Assembly (NCBI RefSeq): GCF_006345805.1
Contig: NC_043000.1
Coordinates: forward strand, 19,096,001 to 19,160,000
Direction of reading: 5' to 3'
Source: Octopus sinensis
Taxonomy: Eukaryota
Length of the DNA: 64,000 bases
In this document: one piece after another, positions 46,300-63,192 of the stretch
Position numbering within the stretch: position 1 is the stretch's first letter
Layout of the letters: each line of letters opens with the position of its first letter
Translations under genes and position numbers: made by a program
Notes under the pieces: generated by a model
The model's input: the letters and a program-made list of their open reading frames with translations, nothing else
What the model was told of the DNA's origin: nothing
Databases searched by the model: none

Positions 46300-46548
46300 A
46301 AGTAAATTTACCTTCTCGATTGATGCCGACTTGTAAGGGCTGATTTCCCGGTTTCATGGCGTATAAAATCCCCACCAGGACGGAACACCGGCCCGTCGCA
46401 GGATTACTCACTGTTGCCAGCTGAGTGGACTGGAGCAATATGAAATGAAGTGTTTTACTCAAGAATGAAACGAGTCGCCCGGTACAGGAATCGGAATCAC
46501 AGTCTTACGATCATAGACCCAACACCGTAACCACTAAACCACGCAGTC
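46300..46548 (-). mobile_element. SINE family D-like
   Basis: tRNA-like head and ctccagtccactcagc core. Confidence 0.6.
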
Positions 46549-46586
46549 TTTTAAAGAGGATGGCTACATTAGGTATGTAGTTTGTA

Positions 46587-47106
46587 TGCGACATCTCTGG
46601 AACTTCATCGATGACGGTGAACAGGTGTGGGCGCCGTTTGTGAGGCGCGCCTTCCCGCAGCTCGTCTCACTGACCGAACTGCAAACGTGGATCAAAAAGA
46701 GACCGAAACTGGGCGATTGGCACCGAGAGTGTCGCCAAGCTCTACAGCAGCTCTGCCGACCAGGGTCAAACTTGTGCAACTTACAAACGACTAAAGCCTT
46801 CTATAGAGGACTAGTGGAGGGGAGGTCCGACGACACACTCGGGGCAAACCTGGGCGTCGACGAGAAATTCCTAACCCGCCTGTTCAGGACGACGTTCGGG
46901 CCGGGGCCTATGGATAACTTCCAGAAATCCCTGGCTTGGCAATGCTATCGAGACGCACTACCTGTTCGAGAGAAGAGCTACAGGCACGGTTCGAAAACCA
47001 TCACCGGACCGACCTGCCCGAAATGCGGTCAGAGCGCCAAAACTGTTCTGCGCGCACTCGTGCAGTGTCCAGATATTTCAGAAATGTGGACCTTCGACGA
47101 ACAGCT
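46587..47106 (+). mobile_element. Internal fragment of the Tx1/L1 LINE family
   Basis: Near-identical to 50841-51358. Confidence 0.9.
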
Positions 47107-47304
47107 TATATAGGATCGATTTACCTTAGTTTTGTGCAAATTGAGATGTGCTCTTAAATGACACTTCTATATCCTCCAATATACCTTCTTGGTTCAGGGA
47201 ACTTAATAGAGGTCTTAAATTAGCCTTGTAAAGTAAGTTGATTGGGGACGATACCCTTTAACGACTGAGGCATTCTTTCTTTTCGCCCGTAGTGTGTATG
47301 CTGC

Positions 47305-47755
47305 TGGCATGGTTGTAAGGTTAAGAAGCTCGCTTTGCAATCATATAGTTTCGGGTTCAATCCCACAGCGCGTCACTTTGGCCATGTTTTCTACTAGATC
47401 CCAGAGCTTCCCAATGTTTTGTGAGTAAATTTAGCAGACGGAAACTATATGGAAAATCATCGTGTATCGCCTTCCCACTCATATATATGCACACACACAT
47501 ATATATATATACATACACGCATATATATACACATACATATATATGTTGTGTGTGATCATGCTTATGTTTGCTCCTCACCGCTTAACGACTTATGTTGGTT
47601 TGTTTACTTCCCCTTAACTTTGCGGTTCAGCTAAAAGCGACCAATAAAATAAATACGGAACTTAAGAAGTAAAAACAAGGGCCGATTGTTCAACTAAATG
47701 CTTGAAAGCAATGTTCAGGCATGGCTGCAGTCCAATGACTGAAACAAGTAAAGGA
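47305..47755 (+). mobile_element. Diverged SINE A-like element
   Basis: Recognisable head and gactgaaacaagtaaa tail. Confidence 0.55.
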
Positions 47756-48050
47756 TATAGTCCCTGCTATATAAGGCTACTTAGCTGCGCAAATTAATAG
47801 TCCGACAGATAAGATAAGAAAAAAAGCAAAACTCTTTGAAATTAGGCACAGTTCCAGAATGTAATAAGGAATTTCTTATATCTGTTTTGTGTGGAATAAT
47901 TCTTTTTTATAAATTCCGTCTCCGCTCTATATCATAGCCGATGGCTATAGATTTGAAAGCGTTAAATATTTCAAGTAGCACTTGAGGAAAGATATGTCTA
48001 ATCTTTGTACAAATTAAGATGTGCACTTGACTAACCACACACACACACAC

Positions 48051-48124
<74 letters not shown>

Positions 48125-48131
48125 ATATATA

Positions 48132-48384
48132 CTAGCAGTATCGCCCGGCGTTGCTCGGGTTTGTAAGGGAAATAACTATATAAGCATTTTTAGAGAGTTA
48201 TAGCCAAAAAATAGCAAAAAAATGCATCAAAATGGAATAAAAATGATGTTAAATTATTTTTAAAATCATAGACTCATCGTAAGATACCCGAATTTGGTTA
48301 AACTGCACCGCAAAATGTGGGAGTAGTTAGGAATCTAAATCGTAGGAGACAGACAGCACACAACTTCACTTTTATATATAAAGA
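48132..48384 (-). mobile_element. Non-autonomous Helitron-like element
   Basis: Same family as 13311-13810, internally deleted. Confidence 0.8.
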
Positions 48385-48403
48385 TATATACACACACACA
48401 TAC

Positions 48404-48790
48404 ATACGTGGTCTGATCAATAAGTAGCCGGACTGTTGCATAGTAACGAAGCTAAAGAACGCAGAGTGAAGCTGCTTGATACAGATTGACCTTGAACTCT
48501 GCTGTATATGCGCATTACGTTTTAATGTTCTAGCTAACTTCTGCTGTTTACCGCATTGTTGCGAAGGGAGGTGTGTAGCGTGTGATCGTCGCATTAACAA
48601 TGACAGAAAAAGCTGAGCAGAGAATGTATATCAAATTTTGCCAAAAGCTTGGCGATACCTGCTGGTTGCGGGTCTCCCAGAACGTTCGTCAATATCGACA
48701 TTGTTTGGGCCATCTTGGAAACGCCTGAAAGCAATCATTAAAGGCTTGAAAGTCTGGATACATTTTAGAAATTCATGTTCCAAGAAACTT
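48404..48790. mobile_element. Mariner fragments
   Basis: TIR-like tacgtggtctgatcaataagtagccggac, MTEKAEQRMYIKFCQKLGDT (+), then FRRFQDG..DIDERSGRP (-). Confidence 0.65.
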
Positions 48791-49215
48791 CTTATAATTT
48801 TGATTTCTGAACTTTATTGAATTTTTGAACTCCAATTTTTCACAAATTTAAATATTTGTTGCATTCACTGCAGAGTTTTCCGTTTTCATTTGCAAAGTCT
48901 CTCACCCTCTATTTCAGTGTTTTCATTTCAAGTTTTTATTTGCTTTTTGGAAAACCCAGTTTATTCTATATACGTAATGTAAAAACGTTATTTATTAAAT
49001 GAACATTTTTAATATACCGGTATTATTTTTGTAAAAAAAAATTAAGAAGTGATTTTGATTTTATGGCTGTTTGGAACGCTATAAGCCTTAAAACAATTAC
49101 CCGGACCGATTTGGCCATATTTTCAATTTAAAAAAACATTGGAGAAGCCATTTCGGTAAAAAAAATGTATTTACTTCTTAATCTCCATTTTCTTTTCTTC
49201 TTTCATTTATATGTA

Positions 49216-51974
<2,759 letters not shown>

Positions 51975-52045
<71 letters not shown>

Positions 52046-52048
52046 TTA

Positions 52049-52085
<37 letters not shown>
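51975..52085. repeat. (TATC)n/(TC)n microsatellite at the 3' flank of the Tx1 LINE
   Basis: Direct reading. Confidence 0.95.
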
Positions 52086-52315
52086 TTATATATATATATA
52101 TATTGTGTGTGTCATTGTGTTTGTCCCCCACAATCGCTCGATAGAAGAGAACAACAGATGAAATATACTCGGCTTAAAACAAAAAGATTTGGGGGTCGAT
52201 TCGTTCGACTAAAATTCTTCAATGCAGTGCCCCATCATGGCCGGATGACTTAAAGAAATAAGAGATAAGAAATAAAAGACACGCATCACCTTTTCTCTTT
52301 CTCACTCCCTCCCTC

Positions 52316-52359
<44 letters not shown>

Positions 52360-52898
52360 TTCTCCCTCTCCCTCTCTCTCTTTCTCACTTTTCTCGACAT
52401 TATACAACCTTTTACAATCTGTTCTCCGAAATCTTCGTTTCGCTTGTACGCTTATACGTGACATTTACAAGTGCCATTTAAGAATAAAATTATATAAAAG
52501 AAGTAATTAGATCCATGATGAGTAAAAAAACAACAAAATAACGTAAACATGACCCATAGTGAGAAACTTAAAAAGAAGAGCAAAACAGAATAATTATATC
52601 AAAAGAAGAACAAGTAGATATTACATCATTAATCTTGACATTTAACATCAAAAAAGAAAAAAAAAAAATCACACTTAAATAATGTCTACGATTCTGAAGC
52701 TTAAATCTATAGTAAGAGGTTTAAGGTCGTAAAATTACTGATAAAAATTGGCAACACTTGAGAAGGAAAGAAGAGAAGCGAATGGTTTAAAGAAATAAAA
52801 TGGAAAAGAATGAAATATAGGGAAAAGGAAGTAGGGCGAAAAGCGGAAGTGGAAGAGAATGAGGAGAAGGAAGAGAGAGAGAGAGGGAGAGAGAAAGC

Positions 52899-52947
<49 letters not shown>

Positions 52948-53120
52948 GGTTGACAGGTTTAAGGAAACGAAAGTAAATAATATATAAAAAGCAAACTGCG
53001 AGCTGCCGAGTAACGGGAAAAAGACGAGAAGGTGAAGTTGTAGGAGTAAATTTTACGCATATGTTTTGGATATCAGTGCATAGGTTTCATTATATGCATG
53101 CGTGTACGTACACACATACA

Positions 53121-53459
53121 TGGATGGAAGCACTCCGTCGGTTACGACGACGAGGGTTTCGGTTGATCCGATCAACGGAACAGCCTGCTCGTGAAATTAA
53201 CGTGTAAGTGGCTGAGCACTCCACAGACACGTGTACCCTTAAAGTAGTTCTCGGGGATATTCAGCGTGACACAGAGAGTGACAAGGCCGGCCCTTTGAAG
53301 TACAGGTACAACAGAAACAGGAAGTAAGAGTGAGAGAAAGTTGTGGTGAAAGAGTACAGCAGGGATCACCACCATCCCCTGCCGGAGCCTCGTGGAGCTT
53401 TTACGTGTTTTCGCTCAATAAACACTCTCAACGCCCGGTCTGGGTATCGAAACCGCGAT
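53121..53459 (-). mobile_element. SINE family B1, 5'-truncated
   Basis: Matches family consensus. Confidence 0.85.
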
Positions 53460-53504
53460 CTTTTTCTGGAGTGTTATAGTGTTGTACACACATACACACA
53501 CACT

Positions 53505-53538
<34 letters not shown>

Positions 53539-53698
53539 CACACACACACAACACACACACACACACACATACACACACACACACAAATTTGTATGTGCCT
53601 ATTTATGTGAGGATGCGTGTAATATATAAATGTGTATGTATCTATGTACGAACATATATGCCTGTACATATCTATATACCTGTGTATACATACATATT

Positions 53699-53843
53699 TC
53701 TTTATTGACCACAAGGGGCTAAACACAGAGGAGACAAACAAGGACAGACAAAGGGATTAAGTCGATTACATCGACCCCAGTGTGAAACTGGTACTTTATT
53801 TATCGACCCCGAAAAGATGACAGGCAAAGTCGACCTCGGCGGA
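53699..53843 (-). mobile_element. SINE family C 3' part
   Basis: Tail ctctgtgtttagccccttgtggtcaataaagaaat on the minus strand. Confidence 0.8.
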
Positions 53844-53981
53844 CTTCTTGACTGAAGATAAAAGGCTTCGAATGATCCGTCCGTGTTTTTTTGTATCGTC
53901 TATCTGGATGTTTTGTTGTCCCCTTTTCTATCACCTAGTTGCCCGGATGTTTTGCTTTCTTGTCCCCTTTTGTATTTTATT

Positions 53982-54012
<31 letters not shown>

Positions 54013-54016
<4 letters not shown>

Positions 54017-54350
54017 GGACCCCCTTCGGTCACGACACTGACCATGGGATTGCACCTAGAAAGTTACCCTCCTAGTCACAAGTCTGGGCAAGGTGGTTTA
54101 TGGAAGACCAGCAGTCGCCCATGCATACCGGCCTCCCCTCTCCACGCCACCAGTGTTATCCAAGGGAAAGGCAAAGGGGCCGATACAGCTTGGCACCCGT
54201 GACGTCGCAACTCATTTCTACAGCTGAGTGAACTGGAGCAACGTGAAATAAAGTGTCTTGCTCAAGAACACAACACGCAGCCCGGTCCGGGATTCGAGCT
54301 CACAACCTCACGATCGTAAGCTCGACGCTCTAACCACTGAGCCATACGCC
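54013..54350 (-). mobile_element. SINE family D
   Basis: tRNA-like head ggcgtatggctcagtggttagagcg; homologous to 11765-12082. Confidence 0.8.
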
Positions 54351-54390
54351 TTCACACACACCACCCACACACACACATATATATATATTC

Positions 54391-54450
<60 letters not shown>

Positions 54451-55010
54451 TATATATATATATATATATATCTTCATATATATATATATATAATGCATAG
54501 ACATGCATACATACAGACAAGCGCTCATATATTAATAACGAGCTATGTATCTGATTGTGTGTGTGTGCGTGTGTGTGTGAGAGTGTGTATGTGTGCGCGT
54601 GCGTGAGTGCATGCATGTGCGTGTGTGTGTATTAAATCATTGTGAGCAAGTGTATTTGCATAATTTCATATAAACATTTTTACATTTTTAAAGTTATTTA
54701 AAATTTTAACCGTGTTGTGAAAAAAATAAACAAACCGGTTTTACGAGTGTTATTTCTCCGTGAGTAGAAGATCAGATATAGATCTGATTAGTATCTCCCC
54801 GTGAGTAGAAGATCAGATATGGATCTGATTAGTATCTCGTCTTCTTAGGCTTTCTTCAGAGAAAGGATACTCATCATCCGTCTCGGGAGAAACTAATAGC
54901 ATATAGCTATTTCTACGATATGCATATTCACACAGGTCAATCAAATTTGTATAACAATGCTTGTGTTAACAGCATGGAATTAAATTCATTGATAGACACT
55001 GCACTACACA

Positions 55011-55235
55011 ACCTATTTCTTTACTACCCACATGGGGCTAAGCACAGAGGGGACAAACAAGGACAGACAAACGGATTAAGTCGATTACATCGACTCCAGT
55101 GCGTAACTGGTACTTAATTTATCGAAAGGATGAAAGGCAAAGTCGACCTCGGTGGAATTTGAACTCAGAACGTAACGGCAGACGAAATACGCATTTCGCC
55201 CGGCGTGCTAACGTTTCTGCCAGCTCGCCGCCTTA
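55011..55235 (-). mobile_element. SINE family C
   Basis: Matches family consensus. Confidence 0.8.
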
Positions 55236-55756
55236 ATAGTGCAGTACACAACCTTTCCGGACAAGACAACGTTTTGAGATCAAATGCTGTGTAGCGCTCG
55301 CTCTATGGAGGACTTAATTAGCCCACATTGTTTGCGCATACACTTGAATCAAAATCAATTTCATCGATATAACTGTGTTCGAATGTCTGAGCATTAGAAA
55401 TAGCTGTAAGTTTGGGTCTCTCCGTTAAGAGAATCAAGGTTTTTTTTTCTAATAAAAGTGTAACAGGAGTTGAAAATCGTCCTATTGATATCCCACATCA
55501 CTTTTTCTGCCCATGGAGAGCTAAAAGTTTGTAGCTTAACTAATTTGATTACTTCTTACCTCGAGATTCATATATGAATGTTTCTATTAAACAAAACGTA
55601 AAACTTATATTTCATAATGCATATCCATACACACACATATATATATATATTCACATACGCTTACAATCAGTTATATAGCTCGTTATTTACATGTGAGCGA
55701 TTGTGTGTATGTATGCATGTGTATGCATACACACACACACACACCACACACACACA

Positions 55757-55791
<35 letters not shown>

Positions 55792-55808
55792 CATATATGG
55801 TAGTATAG

Positions 55809-55859
<51 letters not shown>

Positions 55860-56054
55860 TATATATATACATATACATATATATATGTATGTATATAAAC
55901 ATATATATACATGTATATGCATAATGCATATATATTTATATACATATATTATATGTATGTAATGTATGTATGTATGTATGTATTCTATCTATCTCTCTGT
56001 CCTATATATATGTATGTATATATATATATATATACACGCGCGCGCACACACACA

Positions 56055-56119
<65 letters not shown>

Positions 56120-56480
56120 GATAGCACGCAGGACTAAATGCTAAAGGTTTCGCAATGATTAATATCGTCTCTTTACGTTCTGAATTCAAACACCTCCGAG
56201 ATGACTTCGCCTTTCATCTTTATAAGGTCGATCAATAAAATAAGTACACACATAAAGGTTCTAGACTCGAGTCAATCGATTATAGCTATTTGTCGGACAC
56301 CTGTAGACTTACGATAAACACACACACACGCGCACATGCACACACGCGCACACACACACACTCTCAATATAGTTCAATCATAAACATATGACGTCATTAC
56401 GATACTACCTACTTATGGGTAATGACGTCGTGGCCTTTATACAACAAAGTCCATTGCAAGGATAGTTCTGAAGATGAAAA

Positions 56481-56563
<83 letters not shown>

Positions 56564-56602
56564 ATAATAATAATAATAATAATAATAATGATAATAATAA
56601 TA
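56481..56602. repeat. (TAC)n-(TAA)n compound microsatellite
   Basis: Direct reading. Confidence 0.95.
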
Positions 56603-56782
56603 ACTTAAAAAAAAAAAAAAATGAACGAACTACTGAGTTTGGATTAATGGCCTACCAATGTTATACTATGAGTTTCTTTGTCCTAAGAGTCGGGAAGACA
56701 CTCGACAAGAAATGGAAGCAAATTTGAAAGAAAAGAAAAAGTAATAATAATAATAATAATATAATAATAATAAGAAGAAGAA

Positions 56783-57171
56783 GAAATAGAAATCAGCAAA
56801 ATGTGGAACCTGAAGACTAAAACAATACCTGTTGTCATAGGTGCTCTGGGAATGATAGCAAAAGGGGCTGATAGCTACCTAACTCAGATACCAGGAAACC
56901 CAAAAATGGCAGAAATTCAAAAGATAGTGCTCATGGGAACGGCTCATATCCTACGCAAAATACTTTCTATGTAATCTCAAGGTTTAAAACAAACATAATT
57001 TTCGGTTTTTAATTTAGACATTCATTAGTACAACACCAAACCCCCCCCCCCCCCCCAAATATATGGCACACTAGGCATAACAACAACATGAACTTCCAAC
57101 CTGTTGTCTCTTGAGGTCTCTGGGTGAGACTTGGAGCCAACTTGTACAAATATAAAGCAAAGTCAAACATA

Positions 57172-57172
<1 letters not shown>
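56783..57172 (+). mobile_element. 3' end of an R4/Dong-like RLE retrotransposon between (TAA)n tracts
   Basis: EIEISKMWNLKTKTIPVVIGALG..IQKIVLMGTAHILRKILSM* (56783-56974) plus 3' UTR; (TAA)n at 56742-56773 and 57173-57241. Confidence 0.85.
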
Positions 57173-57239
<67 letters not shown>

Positions 57240-58067
57240 TAACAACATACAGGAATATAGAAGACGTATTTACCCAAAATATGATGGAATATAAGAGAGA
57301 TATTGCTTTCAAAACCTTTTCAAAATGTTGGGAAAACGGACTAAATATAATGATTAGAAATTATTTATCCAGTTTACCCAGCATACGTTACCATAGTGTT
57401 GGAAATATAAAAAAATTAATAAAACATCAATACAGAACTAAAAATGCACCATTTGTGCTATGGTCTGAGATTTATACCTGTGATTATTGAGGGCCGTGGC
57501 AATGAAACTAATTGTCTTAGTACCAGCCTTTAGAAGCTGGGCTTCACAAAGCAAGAAATGTCACAGTTATTTACAAAAATACTGTTACAAGCCATTAATG
57601 AAACTGAAAATATGTAAAATATTCAAGAAGTTGAACTTATGATAATTATATCTTTGGATATTTATTAGTATAAACATATGTGCTTATAAAGATACGAGCT
57701 ATGCAATACGAGATGTATAAAGATAAGAAGTATGCTATAAAGTTCCTGGTTTTGGGTAAAAGAAATCACTGGAGAATTTATTCAACATATTCCCCTCTCA
57801 GATTCACGCATTTATTGCAACGGCCCTTAAATTTTTGTAAATCCTGTAAAATAACTCGGAAGATCGGGCCACCAACCAGGTGTTTCACTATACCCTTAAA
57901 GTTAGGAACTCTACAACATACAAATCTACATGCAATGAGATGGCCACATAAAGACACATGATTACGTATTTGATTCTAAATTCCAATGAAAGCATCCTAA
58001 TAGAAACTGGCTGTCGTATGCTAGTAAAAAATAAAAACTACTATATACAAACAGAACATGCTTATTA

Positions 58068-58451
58068 ATGGAAGCACTCCGTCGGTTACGACGACGAGGG
58101 TTCCGGTTGATCCGATCAACGGAACAGCCTGCTCGTGAAATTAACGTGTAAGTGGCTGAGCACTCCACAGACACGTGTACCCTTAACGCAGTTCTCGGGG
58201 ATATTCAGCGTGACACAGAGAGTGACAAGGCCGGCCCTTTGAAATACAGGTACAACAGAAACAAGAAGTAAGAGTGAGAGAAAGTTGTGGTGAAAGAGTA
58301 CAGCAGGGATCACCACCATCCCCTGCCGGAGCCTCGTGGAGCTTTTAGGTGTTTTCGCTCAATAAACACTCACAACGCCCGGTCTGGGAATCGAAACCGC
58401 GATCCTACGACCGCGAGTCCGCTGCCCTAACCACTGGGCCATTGCGCCTCC
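58068..58451 (-). mobile_element. SINE family B1
   Basis: Full copy. Confidence 0.9.
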
Positions 58452-58867
58452 AGTCACCTTATTAACGCCAACTTCTGATTTCAATATTTCTTCTTTTTCT
58501 TTTTTAACATTCTGCACACAAACATCATCTGCATGCAGAGTAAACACACCACACATAAAATTCATACTGATCTGTATCTTTAAAGTGCACGATTATACTA
58601 TCACGGAGCTAAAGATGAAGACCCCGAAAATCGAAACTTCATGGTCGCCAAAAATCACAAGCCTCACCAGAAAATAGAAAAGTCTATCATGATCACTGCT
58701 CTTACACCTAAATTCTAGTATATACACCAGGCCCCAATAGCTATTAGCACTATACGATGCTCAAATGAAACCCTCAATGGACTATGGTCCCACATCAGTG
58801 ACGTTGTCGTTGCTCTATATACCGATATCCTAGACTACTTGCAAACATTCACTTCCTCAGCTGCTCC

Positions 58868-58931
<64 letters not shown>

Positions 58932-58939
58932 TATGTATG

Positions 58940-58984
<45 letters not shown>

Positions 58985-58995
<11 letters not shown>

Positions 58996-59175
58996 TACAT
59001 ATATATACACATACAAACGACGGCTTCTTTCAATTTCCGTCTACCAAATCCACTCACAAGGCTGGTTGACCCGAGCTATAGTAGAAGACACTTGCCCAAG
59101 GTGCCACGCAGTGGGACTGAACCCGGAACCATGTGGTTCGTAAGCAAGCTACTTACCACACAGCCCCTCCTACGC
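58985..59175 (-). mobile_element. SINE family A, 5' half
   Basis: Matches family consensus up to the internal microsatellite. Confidence 0.8.
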
Positions 59176-59192
59176 CTATTATATATATATAT

Positions 59193-59247
<55 letters not shown>

Positions 59248-59929
59248 TACACACACTCGCCCCCACACACACATAATATTTTTTTCTGCTTCCTCTACTG
59301 CAGCTTCTGCGCCTCGGATTTGGTCTGTCTTGTGTCATCTTCATCCAGGCACACCGGCCTCATCTCCTCACGACACCAATACTACATACATACCCAGGCC
59401 CCCTATTAACTACTACACTCGGTCCGCCAGCCCCAAAAAGTCAGTCCTAAGAATTCCTACTATCCCTATTTTACATACAGCAACGTCTTGCAACTGGTCC
59501 ACAGTAGCATTGACTACTTGACTCAAAAGACCTGCAAGGGTAGTGGACTCAGTCCTTATCCATATCCAAACCAATAAGTCAACAATAAGAATTTGGTGCT
59601 ACATGACACCAATCTCCACGCTCTCTCCGAGTGTCTGTTTTACTGGAAATGTCGAAAGCTGCTGATACTGCTAAGCTTGTCATAGTATTTCCCGCCAATT
59701 CTATTTGGCCAGTATAAAGAATCAGATACTTTCATTTTCGTTCGTTTGAGGTTTGCGCACCATTTATCTATTTCCTGCTACATTGAATATATTTGAAATA
59801 CGTGTGTTTATATTGTATTAGGTAGGTACGTACGTAAAGATATATACGTACCTATATGCAGATGTTTACACACACACAAACACACACGCGCGCGCACACA
59901 CATACACACACACACACACATATATATTT

Positions 59930-61094
59930 GCGTAGTGGCTGTGTGGTAAGTAGCTTGCTTACCAACCATATGGTATCGGGTTCTCATCCCACTGCGTGTT
60001 ATCTCGGGCAAGTATCTTCAACTATAGCCTCGAGCCGACCCAAAGCCTTGTGAGTGGATTTGGTAGATGGAAACTGAAAGAAGCCTGTCGTATGTATATA
60101 TGTGTGTGTGTGTGTGTTTGTGTGTCTGTGTTTGTCCCCCACCATCGATTGACACACAACGTTGGAATGTTTACATCCACTTAACTGAGCGGTTCGGTAA
60201 AGACACCAATAGAATAAGTACTAAGCTTACAAAGAATAAGTACTGGGATCGATTTGTTCGACTAAATGCGGTGCTCCAGTATGGCCGCAGTCAAATGACT
60301 GAAACAAATAAGAGAATAAAAGAATACAAACATACATACTTACACGTACACCCACGCACACACACGCATATGTGTATGTATATATGTATCTGTGTGTGGT
60401 GTGTGTGTATGTATCAAAGTATGAATGCATGTATGCATGTATGTGTGTATATGTATATGTTTATGTATATATGTTAATGTCTGTGTATGTAAATACACAT
60501 GTAAATATACATACAAAGATACACTCACAAACACGCAGGTCTCGAACTCCTTTCCCCACGCACAAGCATTATTTTTTAGAATATCTTTTGATCGGCTACG
60601 TGCTTGATACAAGAATTATGTACGTGTGTGCGCGCGTGTATATATATATATACACATGTATGTATGTATATGTATGTATGTATGTATGTATGTATATGTA
60701 TGTATACGCTTTTTTACTTGTTTCAGTCATTTGACTGCGGCCATGCTGGAGCACCACCTTTAATCGAGCAACACGACCCCGGGACGTATTCTTTTGTAAG
60801 CCCAGTACTTATTCTATCGGTCTTTTTTGCCGAACCGCTAAGTTACGGGGACATGAACATACCAGCATCGGTTGTCAAGCAATGCTAGGGGGATAAACAC
60901 AGACACACAAACACACATATATATATACATATACATATATACGACGGGCTTCTTTCAGTTTCCGTCTACCAAATCCACTCACAAGGCTTTGGTCGGCCCG
61001 GGGCTATAGCAGAAGACACTTGCCCAAGATGCCACGCAGTGGGACTGAACCCGGTTGGTAAACAAGCTACTCACCACACAGCCACTCCTGCGCC
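59930..61094. mobile_element. Inverted SINE A pair (+ 59930-60322, - 60708-61094)
   Basis: Matches family consensus. Confidence 0.8.
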
Positions 61095-61804
61095 TCACAC
61101 AGCCACTCCTGTATGTATGTATGTATAAGTGGGTGGTAAGCTGTGGAATGTCTGTGGCCATATTTCCTAGCCTGAAACGCTAATGATATATTGGCAAAGA
61201 TATTGCAGTTAACTTTCAGTTTCAATACGTCTAAACTATTAGTTCTAGTAAAACTAGAAGCAGCATTTACGTTCTACAGAAATGTTAGTGTTCTGAGAAA
61301 TAAGGACTGTGTCTATATAAACCTGTATGTGTATGCATGTATACATATGTGCGTGTGTTATATATGTGAGTGTATGTGCGTGTGTTATATGTATGTCGCT
61401 GTGATGCGTACATATATATATGTATACATAAATACATACATATATACGTACATTTATATATATATATAACGGGAAGCTTTATGAAAATAAACAAAAGACG
61501 AAGGCAGGTGGAATACAAACAAACAATTGTATTAGTATGGCGCTCAGGAATATAAATAAAACAAGTCTTTTACGTTTCGAGCCTACGCTCTTCAACAGAA
61601 ATATACACAGAAAAGAAACACGGAGAGAAACAAGGAGAGAGAAAAAATGCGTGCAGAAGCTAGCGAATCAACATATATATGGTGTGTGTGTGTGTAAGTA
61701 TAAATTTCTTCAGCTCTCAGCTTGATGAGCAATGCGAAACCGGCCCTTACTTCAATTATGTTGAAAGATCAAAACCTTTTTTTTTACAATAATAATAAAT
61801 AAAT

Positions 61805-62002
61805 GCGCCCTTTTAAAGCCTAGCCAGGCTCATGAGCTCGGTTTCGCAGTTTCTATGGCGTATGTGTTCCCCAGGTGGACAGGACGCCAGTCCATCACAG
61901 CGTTACTCATTTTTGCCAGCTGAGTGGACTGGAGCAACGTGAAATAAAGTGTTTTGCTCAAGAACACAACGCGTCACCCGGTCAAGGAATCGAACACTAA
62001 AC
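61805..62002 (-). mobile_element. SINE family D-like, cut by the assembly gap
   Basis: cttgagcaaaacact..ttgctccagtccactcagc core. Confidence 0.6.
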
Positions 62003-62102
62003 NNNNNNNNNNNNNNNNNNNNNNNNNNNNNNNNNNNNNNNNNNNNNNNNNNNNNNNNNNNNNNNNNNNNNNNNNNNNNNNNNNNNNNNNNNNNNNNNNN
62101 NN
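62003..62102. other. Assembly gap (100 N)
   Basis: Direct reading; different SINE families on each side (D left, B2 tail 62103-62225 right). Confidence 0.99.
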
Positions 62103-62482
62103 CTTTTCTTCTGTTGGCCTGCTTGCTTAGCCAGTGGGGTGGCGTCATTTGAAGGCTAAAACAATGCGGAGCGCATCGTGACCAGCGATGTGTAGCAACA
62201 TCTGATAACCTGGTCGGTCACGGTGATACATGTATGTATCTATGTGTGTATGCATGCACGTACGTACGTATGTATGTATGTATGTATGTATGTATGTATG
62301 TATGTATGTATGTAGCATGCGTACAGTCGAAGTCCGGATTTTCAATTACATGGTCCCCCTACATTACTTGGTTTTGTAATTGATTACAAGCTTTCTCTCT
62401 TCTCTGAGTCCATATCTTATATTAATCATTTACATTCTGCTCCACTCGTTAACCTGCTGAGCGTGTATACTATATGTGTATA

Positions 62483-62870
62483 CTAGCAGTATCACCCGGC
62501 GTTGCTCGGGTTTGTAAGGGAAATAACTATATAAGCATTTTTAGAGATGTAAAGTATAATAGCCATCTCAATATGGCTAACACAAAGGGGGGGTGTACTG
62601 TAGCTTTTTACGTTCTGAGATTTAATAACAATTTTTAGAGAGTTACTTCCCTTATATATGCCAAAAATGCATTAAAAATGGGAAAAATTGATGGTAATTT
62701 TTTTAAAATCGTAGACTCATCGTAGACGCGCGCTAATACCAGCCAGAGCTCGATATGAATCACGACTATAGGATACCCGGTTTTGGTTAAACTGCACCGC
62801 AAAATGTGGGAGTAGTTAGGAATCTAAATCGTAGGAGACAGACACACAACTTGACTTTTATATATAAAGA
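62483..62870 (-). mobile_element. Non-autonomous Helitron-like element
   Basis: Same family as 13311-13810. Confidence 0.8.
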
Positions 62871-63192
62871 TGTCTTTGTGTTTATGCTTGTCCCCCACCC
62901 TTTGACAACGCGTGTTTGTTTATATCCCGTTTACATTCCCGTATCACTAGAAGAACCAAATGGAATAAGTACCCGACTTAGAAATAAGTACTGGTCTCGA
63001 TTTGTTCCACAAAACCCTTTAAGGTGGTGCTACAGCTTGGCCGCACTCCAATGACTGAAATAAGTACAAGATAAAAAATTGTAGAAAGAGGGCCGCAGTG
63101 TCGAACTCCCTCCTTCACCAAAAACCAATCGCATAGAAATGGCCTTTGGAAAGGTGATTTCACTGGCGGTGCTCCAGCATGGCCACACCCTT

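Noticed and set aside
58500-59700. Unique-looking, more GC-balanced segments split by a SINE
   Set aside because: Short frames with stops and no recognisable motif; possibly an old retroelement but not supportable
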